DNA of 64,000 nucleotides. It comes from an uncultured Actinomycetota bacterium (lineage in GTDB: Bacteria > Actinomycetota > Actinomycetes > JAHEKZ01). The translations under genes were made by a program, and so were the position numbers. Positions 39,542-49,024 of this stretch are shown here, piece after piece (the stretch's first letter is position 1; each line of letters starts with the position of its first letter). The stretch spans positions 480,001 to 544,000 of the forward strand of contig CAVQYR010000002.1 in NCBI GenBank assembly GCA_963718235.1, given 5' to 3'. Below the pieces are notes generated by a model. That model did not search any database. It saw only the letters and a program-made list of their open reading frames with translations, and was not told where the DNA came from.

Positions 39542-40282
39542 ATGCCCACGGTCCAGCGAACGCTCGAGCTTGACCCGGCGATCCAGGCGGTCGAGGTCAA
39601 GATCACCGCGCAGATGAAGGACGAAACGATGGTGCGCAAGGCCCTCGAACGCAGTGGGGAGGAGCCGGAGCACCGCCAGGTCTACTTCTACGACACCTCC
39701 GACCTGGCCCTGTTCGACGCCGGTGTCGTCCTGCGCGCCCGCAAGGTCTCAGGTGACACCGACGACTCCACCGTCAAGCTGCGGCCGGTGGACCCGACCA
39801 CCTTGTCGGAGGCGTGGAAGCAGACCGAGGGCTTCGAGGTCGAGCTCGACGGCGTGGGTGACTCCACGATCTGTTCGGCCAAGCTGTCGGCCGAGCAGGC
39901 CGGGGGTGAGATCGACGCGGTTGCCGCCGGTGACCGGGAGATCCGCAAGCTCTTCTCGGCCGAGCAGGAGCGGCTGGTCGTGGAGCACGCTCCGACCAGC
40001 ATCACCTGGCAGGACCTGCAGATCCTGGGACCGGTCGAGGTGCGCAAGTGGAAGATCGACCCGAAGGGCTTCGGTGAGGACGTCGTCGCCGAGGAGTGGA
40101 CGCTGCCCGACGGTTCGGACCTGATCGAGCTGTCGATCAAGATCGAGCCGGAACGGGCCAACGACGCCTCGGAGACCTTCATGGGCTTCCTGGAGGACAA
40201 CGGCTTCACCACCGAGGGCGACCAGCAGACCAAGACCCGGGCGACCTTGACCTACTTCACCGGGGGCGCAGGCTTCTCCTGA
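39542..40282 (+). CDS. CYTH-like (triphosphate tunnel metalloenzyme) protein
   Basis: 'VEVK', 'VYFYDT.DL.L...GVVLRAR', 'DSTVKLRP', 'IELSIK', 'QQTKT'. Confidence 0.75.
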   Translation: MPTVQRTLELDPAIQAVEVKITAQMKDETMVRKALERSGEEPEHRQVYFYDTSDLALFDAGVVLRARKVSGDTDDSTVKLRPVDPTTLSEAWKQTEGFEVELDGVGDSTICSAKLSAEQAGGEIDAVAAGDREIRKLFSAEQERLVVEHAPTSITWQDLQILGPVEVRKWKIDPKGFGEDVVAEEWTLPDGSDLIELSIKIEPERANDASETFMGFLEDNGFTTEGDQQTKTRATLTYFTGGAGFS

Positions 40283-40324
40283 CCGGGGTAGGTCCAGGTG
40301 TGCCTGGGTCGTTGTCCACCAGGC

Positions 40325-42322
40325 TCATCCGGGGGCAGGCGTCGCCCCCATGGCCTCGACCGCCGGCTCCAGGAACTGGCTCTCGTACAGCTCGTAGTAG
40401 AACCCACCACGAGCGATCAGCTCGGCGTGGGTGCCCTGCTCGACGATCTGTCCGCGGTCCATCACCACGATCGTGTTCGCGTCTCGGATCGTCGAGAGCC
40501 GGTGCGCGATCACGAAGCTGGTCCGACCGGCCCGCAGTCGGGCGAGGGCCCGTTGGATCAGCACCTCGGTCCGGGTGTCCACCGAGCTGGTCGCCTCGTC
40601 GAGGATCAGGATCGCCGGATCGGCCAGGAAGGCTCGAGCGATCGTGAGCAGCTGCTTCTCACCCGCAGACAGGTTCGACGCCTCGTCGTCGAGCACGGTG
40701 TCGTACCCGTCCGGGAGCGTGTGCACGAAGTGCTCGACGTTCGCCGCCCTTGCCGCCTCCTGGATCTGGGCGTCGGAGGCCCCCTCGGCCCCGTAGGCGA
40801 TGTTCTCGCGGATGGTTCCGCCGAACAGCCATGTGTCCTGCAACACCATGCCGAAGGTGCGCCTGAGGTCGTCGCGGGACATGGACCGGGTGTCCACGCC
40901 GTCCAGCTCGATCGTGCCGGCGTCGATCTCGTAGAACCTCATGAGCAGGTTGACCAACGTCGTCTTGCCCGCACCGGTCGGCCCCACGATCGCGACGGTC
41001 TCGCCGGGCCTGACGCGCAGCTGGAGGTCCTCGATCAGCGGAGTCTGCTTCTCGTAGCGGAACGAGACCGCGGTGAGGTCGATCCGTCCGGAGGGGTCGG
41101 GCACGACCTGCGCCTCGGCCGGGTCGGGCTCCTCCTCCTCGGCGTCGAGCAGCTCGAAGACGCGCTCGGCGCTGGCGACGCCGGACTGCATGAGGTTCAC
41201 CACACTGGCGATCTGCGTGATCGGCATCGTGAACTGGCGTGAGTACTGGATGAACGCCTGCACGTCGCCCAGGGGCATCGACCCGGAAGCCACCTGGAGT
41301 CCGCCGATGACACAGATCGCGACGTAGTTCAGGTTGCCGACGAAAGCCATCGTTGGCTGGATGATCCCCGAGATGAACTGGGCGCGGTAGCTCGACTGGT
41401 ACATCTGCTCGTTGAGCTGGTCGAAGTCGTCGACGGCACGCTCGCGGTGTCCGAACACCTGGACGAGGTCGTGGCCGGTGTACATCTCCTCGACGTGACC
41501 GTTGAGCCGGCCGGTCCACTCCCACTGTGCGACGAAGTGCGTGCGAGACCGTCGGGCGATCAGCAGCGTGAGCGCGAGGGACAAGGGCACGACGAGCAAT
41601 GAGATCACCGCGAGCAGCGGTGAGATCCAGAACATCATGACGAGGACCCCGACCACGGTGAGCACTGAGGTCACGAGCTGGGTGAGCACCTGCTGCAGAG
41701 TCGTGGAGACGTTGTCGATGTCGTTGGTCACCCGACTCAGCAGGTCCCCACGGGCGTGGGTGTCGAAGTATCGCAAGGGCAAACGGCCGAGCTTCAGCTC
41801 GACGTCTTGGCGCAGTGCGAAGACGACCCGTTGGGTCACCCCCGCCATCACGTACCCCTGCCCCCAGAGGAACAGCGAGCTGACCAGGTACACGGCGGCC
41901 ACCAGGACGAGCAGCCGGCCGAGGGCCGCGAAGTCGACGCCGGAGCCGGGCACCACCGTCATCCCGCTGACCAGGTCGGCCAGCTGACCCTGGCCGGCGG
42001 CGCGCAGGGCGTCCTCAGCCTGCTGCTGGGTGAGACCGGAGGGCAGCTGCTGACCGATCACCCCGGCGAAGATCATCGTGGTGGCGTTGCCCAGCAGCTT
42101 CGGCCCGAGCACGGCCAGGCTCACGCTGACCACAGCCATGCCGAGCACGCCGACGAGGGCGATCCGCTCGGGTCGCAGCCGATGGGCCAGGCGGCGCAGC
42201 GTGCCGGCGAAGTCCTTGGACTTCTCCGGAACGACCATCAACCCGGCCATGGGTCCACCACGACCCGGGCCGCCCCCGCCCGGACCTGGTCCACCAGGTG
42301 GGCCGGGGCGGGTGGCGCTCAT
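40325..42322 (-). CDS. ABC exporter subunit (TMD+NBD, consensus half of a heterodimer)
   Basis: 'GPTGAGKTT', 'LSAGEKQ', 'LILDEATSSVD', 'IAHRLST'. Confidence 0.95.
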   Translation of the reverse strand: MSATRPGPPGGPGPGGGGPGRGGPMAGLMVVPEKSKDFAGTLRRLAHRLRPERIALVGVLGMAVVSVSLAVLGPKLLGNATTMIFAGVIGQQLPSGLTQQQAEDALRAAGQGQLADLVSGMTVVPGSGVDFAALGRLLVLVAAVYLVSSLFLWGQGYVMAGVTQRVVFALRQDVELKLGRLPLRYFDTHARGDLLSRVTNDIDNVSTTLQQVLTQLVTSVLTVVGVLVMMFWISPLLAVISLLVVPLSLALTLLIARRSRTHFVAQWEWTGRLNGHVEEMYTGHDLVQVFGHRERAVDDFDQLNEQMYQSSYRAQFISGIIQPTMAFVGNLNYVAICVIGGLQVASGSMPLGDVQAFIQYSRQFTMPITQIASVVNLMQSGVASAERVFELLDAEEEEPDPAEAQVVPDPSGRIDLTAVSFRYEKQTPLIEDLQLRVRPGETVAIVGPTGAGKTTLVNLLMRFYEIDAGTIELDGVDTRSMSRDDLRRTFGMVLQDTWLFGGTIRENIAYGAEGASDAQIQEAARAANVEHFVHTLPDGYDTVLDDEASNLSAGEKQLLTIARAFLADPAILILDEATSSVDTRTEVLIQRALARLRAGRTSFVIAHRLSTIRDANTIVVMDRGQIVEQGTHAELIARGGFYYELYESQFLEPAVEAMGATPAPG

Positions 42323-44055
42323 GCCGCCTCCTCCGCGGAGATCTGCGACAGGACGATCTCCTGGTACGTCCGGCAGGACTCCATGAGGTCGGCGTGGCGC
42401 CCGACACCGACGAGACGACCGGCGTCCAGGACGACGATCCGGTCGGCGTGCATGATCGTGCTGACCCGCTGCGCCACGATCAGCACGGCGGCATCACGGG
42501 TCTCCGGGCGCAACGCCGTCCGAAGGCGGGCATCGGTCGTGAAGTCCAGGGCGGAGAAGCTGTCGTCGAAGAGGTACACCTCGGGGCGACGCACCAGGGC
42601 TCGGGCGATGGTGAGCCGCTGGCGTTGGCCACCGGAGACGTTGGACCCACCCTGGTCGATGGGGGCGTCGAGACCCTCGGCGAGCTCTCGGACGAACGGG
42701 GCCGCCTGCGCGACCTCCAGCGCATGCCAGAGCTCGTCGTCGGTGGCGTCAGGCCGACCGAAGCGCAGGTTGCTCGCAATCGTTCCCGTGAAGAGGAAGG
42801 ACCGTTGCGGGACCAGCCCGATCCGCGCCCAGAGATCGTCCCGGGCCAGGTCGCGGACGTCGGTACCGTCCAGCAGGACGGCGCCGGCAGTGACGTCGAA
42901 GAGCCGGGGCACCAGGCTGGCCAGGGTCGTCTTGCCGGATCCGGTGGACCCCACCACCGCAGTTGTCTCCCCTGGGCCGATCGTGAAGGAGATGTCCTGC
43001 AGCACCGGCTCGGTCGCCCCGGGGTAGCGGAACTCGACGTCACGGAACTCCAGGGTCCCGGGCCGCACCTCGCGACTGGTCAGGCTCGCGACCTCGGGGT
43101 CGATCAGCGTGGGAGTGACGTCGAGCACCGTGCGGATGCGCTCCGCCGACGCCGCGGCCCGCGGCACCATGACGAACATCATGGTCGCCATCAGGACCGA
43201 CATGAGGATCTGAATCATGTAGCTGAGGAAGGCCGTCAGGTTGCCGATGGGCATGAGTCCGGCGTCGACCCGCAGGCCCCCGAACCAGATGACCGCGACG
43301 CCGGACAGGTTCATGATCAGCATGAGCGAGGGCATCATCAGCGCGAACAGGCGGTTCACGGACAGGGTCGTCGCCGTCAGGTCGGTGTTGGCGTCGTCGA
43401 AGCGACGTTCCTCGGCGGCCGTCTTGACGAAGGCCCGGATCACCCGGATGCCGGTCAGCTGCTCACGGAGCACCTGGTTGACCCGGTCGATCTTGACCTG
43501 CATCACGCGGAACATCGGCAGGGCCCGGGACAGCAACAGTCCGATCACGAGCGCCATCACGGGAACGACCACGACGATCAGCCACGAGAGGGCGACGTCC
43601 TCGCGCAGCGCCATGACGATGCCGCCGATGCAGGTGATCGGTGCGGAGAGCATCACCGTGAGTCCCATGAGGACGAGCATCTGCACCTGTTGGACGTCGT
43701 TGGTGTTCCGTGTGATGAGCGTTGGTGCCCCGAAGTGGTTGACGTCCTGCCGAGAGAACGTCTCGACGGTCGAGAACAGCGAGCCTCGGACGTCGCGGCC
43801 GAATGCCATCGAGGTTCTCGCGCTGTAGTAGGTGGCGATGACCGCCGTGATGGCGACGACGAGCGAGACGGCGAGCATCCAGCCACCGACCCGGAGGATG
43901 TACCCCGCATCACCTCGGGCAACTCCGTTGTTGATGATGTCTGCATTGAGGGCGGGCAGGTACAGGTTCCCGAGCGCCTGCACCAGCAACAGCACGGCGA
44001 CCACGACGAGTGGCCGTCGGTAGGGGCTCAGGAACTGCTGCAGCAGGGCGACCAT
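42319..44055 (-). CDS. ABC exporter subunit (TMD+NBD, degenerate half, TM287-like)
   Basis: 'GSTGSGKTT', 'VSGGQRQR', 'LFDDSFSALD' (D for catalytic E), 'VAQR' (Q for switch H). Confidence 0.95.
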   Translation of the reverse strand: MVALLQQFLSPYRRPLVVVAVLLLVQALGNLYLPALNADIINNGVARGDAGYILRVGGWMLAVSLVVAITAVIATYYSARTSMAFGRDVRGSLFSTVETFSRQDVNHFGAPTLITRNTNDVQQVQMLVLMGLTVMLSAPITCIGGIVMALREDVALSWLIVVVVPVMALVIGLLLSRALPMFRVMQVKIDRVNQVLREQLTGIRVIRAFVKTAAEERRFDDANTDLTATTLSVNRLFALMMPSLMLIMNLSGVAVIWFGGLRVDAGLMPIGNLTAFLSYMIQILMSVLMATMMFVMVPRAAASAERIRTVLDVTPTLIDPEVASLTSREVRPGTLEFRDVEFRYPGATEPVLQDISFTIGPGETTAVVGSTGSGKTTLASLVPRLFDVTAGAVLLDGTDVRDLARDDLWARIGLVPQRSFLFTGTIASNLRFGRPDATDDELWHALEVAQAAPFVRELAEGLDAPIDQGGSNVSGGQRQRLTIARALVRRPEVYLFDDSFSALDFTTDARLRTALRPETRDAAVLIVAQRVSTIMHADRIVVLDAGRLVGVGRHADLMESCRTYQEIVLSQISAEEAA

Positions 44056-44065
44056 CGGCTCGCTC

Positions 44066-45334
44066 TCAGGTGGTGGTGGCGAGGTGCCAGGTCGCTCCGT
44101 CGGGAGTGTCGCGCACCTCGACGCCCGCCGCGGTCAGCCGGTCACGCACCAGGTCAGAGGTCGCGAAGTCCTTGGCGGCCCGCGCGTGTGCTCGAACCTC
44201 GAGCAGGACCTCGACGAACGGCCCGACGACGTCACGTGGGTCGCGAGCGCCCTCGACAGCGACCTCACCGAGCCGGACGACCATGGCCCGCAGGACTCGT
44301 CGCGCGTACTCGTCATCGCCTTGCTGGGTGTCGGCCGCCCAGTCACGCAGGGCCTGCTCCAGGTCGAGCACCGAGGTAACGGCACCGTCGACGTGTCGAT
44401 CCTCCAGCGCGGTGTCGAATGCCGCTCTCGCGTCGTCGGCGACGGTGCGCAGTGAGACGACGCGCTCGACGCCGGGCTCAGCCGACTCCGGACTGTCAGT
44501 AGGGATCCCGACGGCCGGCGCGTCGAACGAGCTGGCACCAGCTCCTTCTCCGCGCAGCATGGCGCTCACCTCGGCCAGGGCCAGCACCGCGCCGTCGGTG
44601 AATCGTCGAGACGCCCCCCGAGACCGAACGGTCATCGCTCCCGCACCGACGACCTCGGCGGTGCCTGCGACGAGGTCGAGGAGGACCGCGGTGTGCTCGT
44701 CGATGCCGAGGACGCCGGTGCCCTCGGGGAGAGCCGCCTCGAGCACCTCGAGCCGCCGCTCGCCCAGGTAGCAGAACCGGGTGTCGTAGTGGCCGCCCTC
44801 GTTGTTGTCGAAGTGAGGGATGACGGCGGCTGGGAGCCCGGCCAGGGTCCCGAGCAGGTCGATGCCGTCGAGCCAGTAGGGGTCATCACCGGCCTTGTAG
44901 ATCTCGTACACCGGGATCGCATGCGCTCCGGCGAGCACGGCAGCCGCGCTGCCCAGGCAGACCGTGCCGCCGCGGGTGACGACGTCGGCGAGCGCCTCGG
45001 GGATCGGCGTCGCGGCCCACTGACGCAACGCGTAGCTGGGGCTCCCCGGACCGGCGAACGCCCAGCTCGCCGAGTGCAGCAGGGCCAGGGCCCGCTCCTG
45101 GTCGACGGTGGCGCCGTCGCGGCGCCGCCAGGAGGCCACCTTCACCTCGCGTCCCACGCTGTCGGCGAAGTAGGCCAGGGTCTTCTCGACCAGGTCGTCG
45201 GCATTGGCCTGGAACCCGAAGGGTGTGTCCAGCAGGACGGCGGACCCGGGGCCGGACTCGGCGAGCACACGTCGGTGCACGCGCACCATCGTGGGAGCGG
45301 TCTCCCCTGAGCCCATGAGCACCAGATGACTCAC
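44066..45334 (-). CDS. Peptidase S51/cyanophycinase-like domain fused to a cysteinyl-tRNA synthetase-type C-terminal domain
   Basis: N-part 'GSGE', 'AGPGSP', 'GSAAA', 'IPHFD', 'GIDEHT'; C-part 'R..ARAAKDFATSD.VRDRL..AGVEVRDTPDGATW'. Confidence 0.8.
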   Translation of the reverse strand: MSHLVLMGSGETAPTMVRVHRRVLAESGPGSAVLLDTPFGFQANADDLVEKTLAYFADSVGREVKVASWRRRDGATVDQERALALLHSASWAFAGPGSPSYALRQWAATPIPEALADVVTRGGTVCLGSAAAVLAGAHAIPVYEIYKAGDDPYWLDGIDLLGTLAGLPAAVIPHFDNNEGGHYDTRFCYLGERRLEVLEAALPEGTGVLGIDEHTAVLLDLVAGTAEVVGAGAMTVRSRGASRRFTDGAVLALAEVSAMLRGEGAGASSFDAPAVGIPTDSPESAEPGVERVVSLRTVADDARAAFDTALEDRHVDGAVTSVLDLEQALRDWAADTQQGDDEYARRVLRAMVVRLGEVAVEGARDPRDVVGPFVEVLLEVRAHARAAKDFATSDLVRDRLTAAGVEVRDTPDGATWHLATTT

Positions 45335-46219
45335 TCCTTGCTCCCCTCTTCTTCGGCGCGGACGGCGAGCGCCAGCAAGTCCGACGCGCACCGGTCCGGC
45401 TGCTGTGCGTGCAGATCGTGGTGCGCACCGACGTACCACGATGCCTCGGCACCGGCGATTGCCGCCAGCGCCTCGCTCACTGGGGTCGGTGTCGAGGGTG
45501 CTTCGTCAACCGCCGCCATCAGGGTGACCGGAACGGTCACCTGTGAGTACAGCGGCCGCGGGTCGTCAGCCCACAACGAGTGGACGATGCTGCGGTGGTG
45601 CTCCCGCGACAGGTGCGGACGCACCGTCCCGTCGGGTCGATCGGCGAAGTTCGCCAGCGCAGCCGCACGACCCTCTTCGGGCCAGTCGGGGTGCCAGCTG
45701 CTCGACTGAGCCTCGAGCTCGGCCCGGGTCAAGTGGTCGAACCTCGGTGGTGCGAGCGCGGCCCAGCACTCCTCGAAGGTGGGATAGCGGTCGGCGAGAT
45801 GGATCCAGCCGCCGTCGACGAGGCCGAGGGCCGCCACGCCACCATGCTCGACCGCCTGGGTGAGAACGACGTTCCCGCCCCAGGACTGACCGGCCACGAC
45901 GGGGAGCCGGTCGTTGTCCCAGCCCAGCTGCGGCACACAGCGCGGCGAGGTCGGTGGCCGCCGTCGACGTGTCGTAGCCGTCCTCGGTCACCTCGGAGCG
46001 ACCGTGGCCGCGCTGGTCGACGGCTGCCACCGGGTGTCCGGCCGCCGCGAGGCGCCACGCGACGCCGTCCCACAGGCGGGCGTTGCTCGCCAGCCCGTGC
46101 ACGAGCAGGAACGGACGACCCGGTCCGTCGGCTCGTCTCACCGCCAGGCGCGGCCCACCGGGCAGGTCGACCCACTCGTCGTGCAGCCGTGGCCGGTCGG
46201 CTGAGGCGAACGTGCTCAT
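45331..46219 (-). CDS. Alpha/beta fold hydrolase; +1 frameshift at ~45932
   Basis: 'LVHGLAS', 'DQRGHGRS' in one frame; 'GQSWGG' nucleophile elbow and 'AHHDLH' in the next. Confidence 0.85.
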
Positions 46220-47178
46220 GTGCTCGGCGCCGCGCGGGCGATGTCGTCGAGGACCACGGCCACGTCCGCGGTCACCGACAGCGGCAGTACCCATGCCGGC
46301 TGTCCTGAGGCTGCCGCGGAGACCGAGTCGACCATGAGCCGATAGGCGTCGCACGGGGCGAACGCCTCCTCCCGGGCCGCACCTGCCTCGATCACACGCA
46401 GAAACGAGGGCTCTCTCCAGCTGGTGAACGCCGGGTCGGCGAGCTCGACGGTCAGGTCAGGTGCCTCGACCCGAAGGACCTGCGACTCCGGTTGCTCGAT
46501 CGACGCCTCGATCCTGGCCCGGCTGTCGCCCGCGTCCAGGACCGCAGCGGTGGTGAGATCGACCCCGGTCGGTCCGACATGTCGGGTGACGTCATGCACC
46601 TGGACCGTGGACGTGCCGAGGGCCCAGAGCGCCGCGCCCACCAGGTAGGGGCCGACGTCCAGCAACGCGCCGCCCCCGCTCGCGGGGTCGAGCCGGTAGT
46701 TGTCGCGGGGCACCCCGGCGAACGTGAACTGGGTCTGGACCGCGCGCGGCCCGGAGGACTCACTGACGAGCTGCTGTGCTCGTCGGGTTCGGGGGTGCCA
46801 GTGGTTCCAGGTGGCCTCGACCAGGAGGCGGTCCGCCGTGGCGGCGGCGCGGGCCATGACGTCGACCTCGTCGGCGGTGCGTCCCAGTGGCTTCTCGCAC
46901 AGCACGTGCTTTCCGGCTTCGAGGGCAGCGACCACCCACCGGAGGTGGTCACTGTTGCGCAGTGACACGTAGACCACATCCACGTCGTCAGCGGCGCAGA
47001 CCGCGTCGTACGAACCGGCCGTGCGCCGAGGCTCGAGCGACTCCGCCCGCCGTTCATCGCTCGAGCCGACCACTTGGAGCACCGCTGAGTCGGCGGCGTG
47101 GACAGCTGGAGCCAGTGCTTGCGACGCCACGAACCCGGCCCCGACGAACCCCCAGCGGACGACAGGAGCCTTGGTCAC
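46216..47178 (-). CDS. Gfo/Idh/MocA family oxidoreductase
   Basis: 'VGAGFVA', 'GKHVLCEKP', 'GGALLDVGPY'. Confidence 0.92.
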   Translation of the reverse strand: MTKAPVVRWGFVGAGFVASQALAPAVHAADSAVLQVVGSSDERRAESLEPRRTAGSYDAVCAADDVDVVYVSLRNSDHLRWVVAALEAGKHVLCEKPLGRTADEVDVMARAAATADRLLVEATWNHWHPRTRRAQQLVSESSGPRAVQTQFTFAGVPRDNYRLDPASGGGALLDVGPYLVGAALWALGTSTVQVHDVTRHVGPTGVDLTTAAVLDAGDSRARIEASIEQPESQVLRVEAPDLTVELADPAFTSWREPSFLRVIEAGAAREEAFAPCDAYRLMVDSVSAAASGQPAWVLPLSVTADVAVVLDDIARAAPST

Positions 47179-48845
47179 AGTGGCGCCACGGGCCGGCCGT
47201 CGTCGGCGGCCGAGTGTCGGGCGGCCTCCATCACGGCCAGGACCCGCCGCGACTGGGCGCCGGTGACGGTCATCGGCAGTCCGAGACGCACCCGGTCGGC
47301 AACCTCACGGTGGAAGGCGTAGGGCTCAGCGCTGGGCATGGCGAGCCGGGTGACACTGCCATCGGCGGCGTACTGGTCGAGCGTGGGCGGTGAGTCCGCC
47401 GGCGCCAGGATGTCCTCGGTGAGGGTGCCGATGTCGCTGCGGGACACCACCTTCTCGGTACGCCACTGCCCGACGACCGCCCCGAGCGTGCCCAGCACGT
47501 ACCAGCGCGGCTTGAGCGCAGCGGCCAGGTCGGAGTGGACGAACTCGGCCTCGGCGCCTCCGTCGAACCGGATGGTCACTCGAGAGTGGTCGGCGTTGGT
47601 GACGTCGTACCAGCGTCGCTTGTGGGTAGCCGCGGTGACGTAGTCGACCTCGGTGGGGACGAGGTCGAGGATCTGGTCGAGGACGTGCGACCCCCAGTCG
47701 TAGAAGGCGCCACCGGAGACCTCCTCGTCGGAGTGCCAGAGGTTGCAGGGGTGGCCGTACCCGCCGATGAAGGTCTCGATCTGGAACAGGTCGCCCAGGG
47801 CGCCGGACCGCACGAGTCGTCGGATCGCCAGATGGTCAGGGTCGTAGCGACGGTTCTGGTACACCACGGCCAGGAGGCCAGCCGCGTCGGCTTCGGCGAG
47901 GACCTCGTCGGCCTCACTCGTCCGGATCGCGAAGGGCTTCTCGACCACGACGTGCTTGCCCGCACGCAGTGCCTTCAACGCCCACGGTGCGTGAGTGCTC
48001 GGCGGGGTCGAGATCACCACGAGGTCGACGTCGTCGCGCTCGAGCAGCTCGTCGGCCGATCGGGTCGTGCTGACCCCCGGCGCCGCTGTCGCCGCAGCCG
48101 TCAGCCGGTCCGGGGAGGTGTCGCAGACCGCGGCCAGGCTCAGGCCGTGCACCGCGCGCACCGCGCGACTGTGCTCGTGTCCGATGGCGCCGTAGCCGAG
48201 CAGCCCGACACCAACCGTGGCCGCCTCGGGCACGCCGCACATGAGCTGGAGCAGCTGGGCGAGGGCACGGGTCGCACCTGCGCCGCCGACCGCCCCCGGT
48301 GACGTGCCGAGCGTCCACGCCGCCGTGGCCGTTGCCGGGCGCCAGGTCAGCACCGGTTGTTCGACCAGTCCGATCCGCGCGGTGAGCAGCACCCGGACGT
48401 CGTCGGCGGACTTGTCGACCTGAACCAGGCGGTCGGTCACATGGTCGTGCTGGCCGACGTGGTCGTCCTCGTGGTGCTGGTGACCCGCCGGGTGCAGCGT
48501 GCCCGGAGCGTCGTGGCCGGCTCTGACCCGTACGTCGTGCACCGGCGTGGTGTCGCCGACGAGAAGCCCCGCCGCCTCACCCAGAACTCGGTCCGGGTCG
48601 GCCCGAGTGAGCGTTGGGCCGGCCAGGACGACCCTGAGGTCGGTGTCGGTGAGGGCGCTGACCAGAGCAGGGGAGAGCGCTCGGTCGGCCCACACGACCA
48701 CGGCATCGGCCGCGCTCAGCTCGCGGTCCGAGCCCGGCGCGCCCACGTCGACCAGTCCGGACGACGTCAGGCGGTCGCGCAGGGCGGCCACCTCGGCAGC
48801 CAGCTCCGGGTGGGACAGGTCGACGACCCAGGCGATGCGCAGCAC
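47175..48845 (-). CDS. Gfo/Idh/MocA oxidoreductase with N-terminal ThuA/GATase-like extension
   Basis: 'LGYGAIG', 'GKHVVVEKP', 'YQNRRYD', 'GGAFYDWGSH'; ~200 aa N-terminal extension. Start from TACTGT-N6-GTG. Confidence 0.85.
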   Translation of the reverse strand: MLRIAWVVDLSHPELAAEVAALRDRLTSSGLVDVGAPGSDRELSAADAVVVWADRALSPALVSALTDTDLRVVLAGPTLTRADPDRVLGEAAGLLVGDTTPVHDVRVRAGHDAPGTLHPAGHQHHEDDHVGQHDHVTDRLVQVDKSADDVRVLLTARIGLVEQPVLTWRPATATAAWTLGTSPGAVGGAGATRALAQLLQLMCGVPEAATVGVGLLGYGAIGHEHSRAVRAVHGLSLAAVCDTSPDRLTAAATAAPGVSTTRSADELLERDDVDLVVISTPPSTHAPWALKALRAGKHVVVEKPFAIRTSEADEVLAEADAAGLLAVVYQNRRYDPDHLAIRRLVRSGALGDLFQIETFIGGYGHPCNLWHSDEEVSGGAFYDWGSHVLDQILDLVPTEVDYVTAATHKRRWYDVTNADHSRVTIRFDGGAEAEFVHSDLAAALKPRWYVLGTLGAVVGQWRTEKVVSRSDIGTLTEDILAPADSPPTLDQYAADGSVTRLAMPSAEPYAFHREVADRVRLGLPMTVTGAQSRRVLAVMEAARHSAADDGRPVAPL

Positions 48846-49024
48846 CTGGCGACAGTAGAGGAATCTGCCGAGCGCTGCCGCCCAGCCCTCCTCGCACCCC
48901 TCGGGGCCGACCCGTTCTCGTACCCCGATACCGAAAGAAGGGCGCCGGCTCGGGCGCGCCGTGGCCCGGACGGTCGGCGGCCGCACCGCGCTCGAAGCTG
49001 GACCCGTCCCTATACTCCGGCGTC

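Noticed and set aside
44066-45334. Annotation as cysteinyl-tRNA synthetase (cysS)
   Set aside because: Only the C-terminal tail matches; there is no HIGH/KMSKS catalytic domain.
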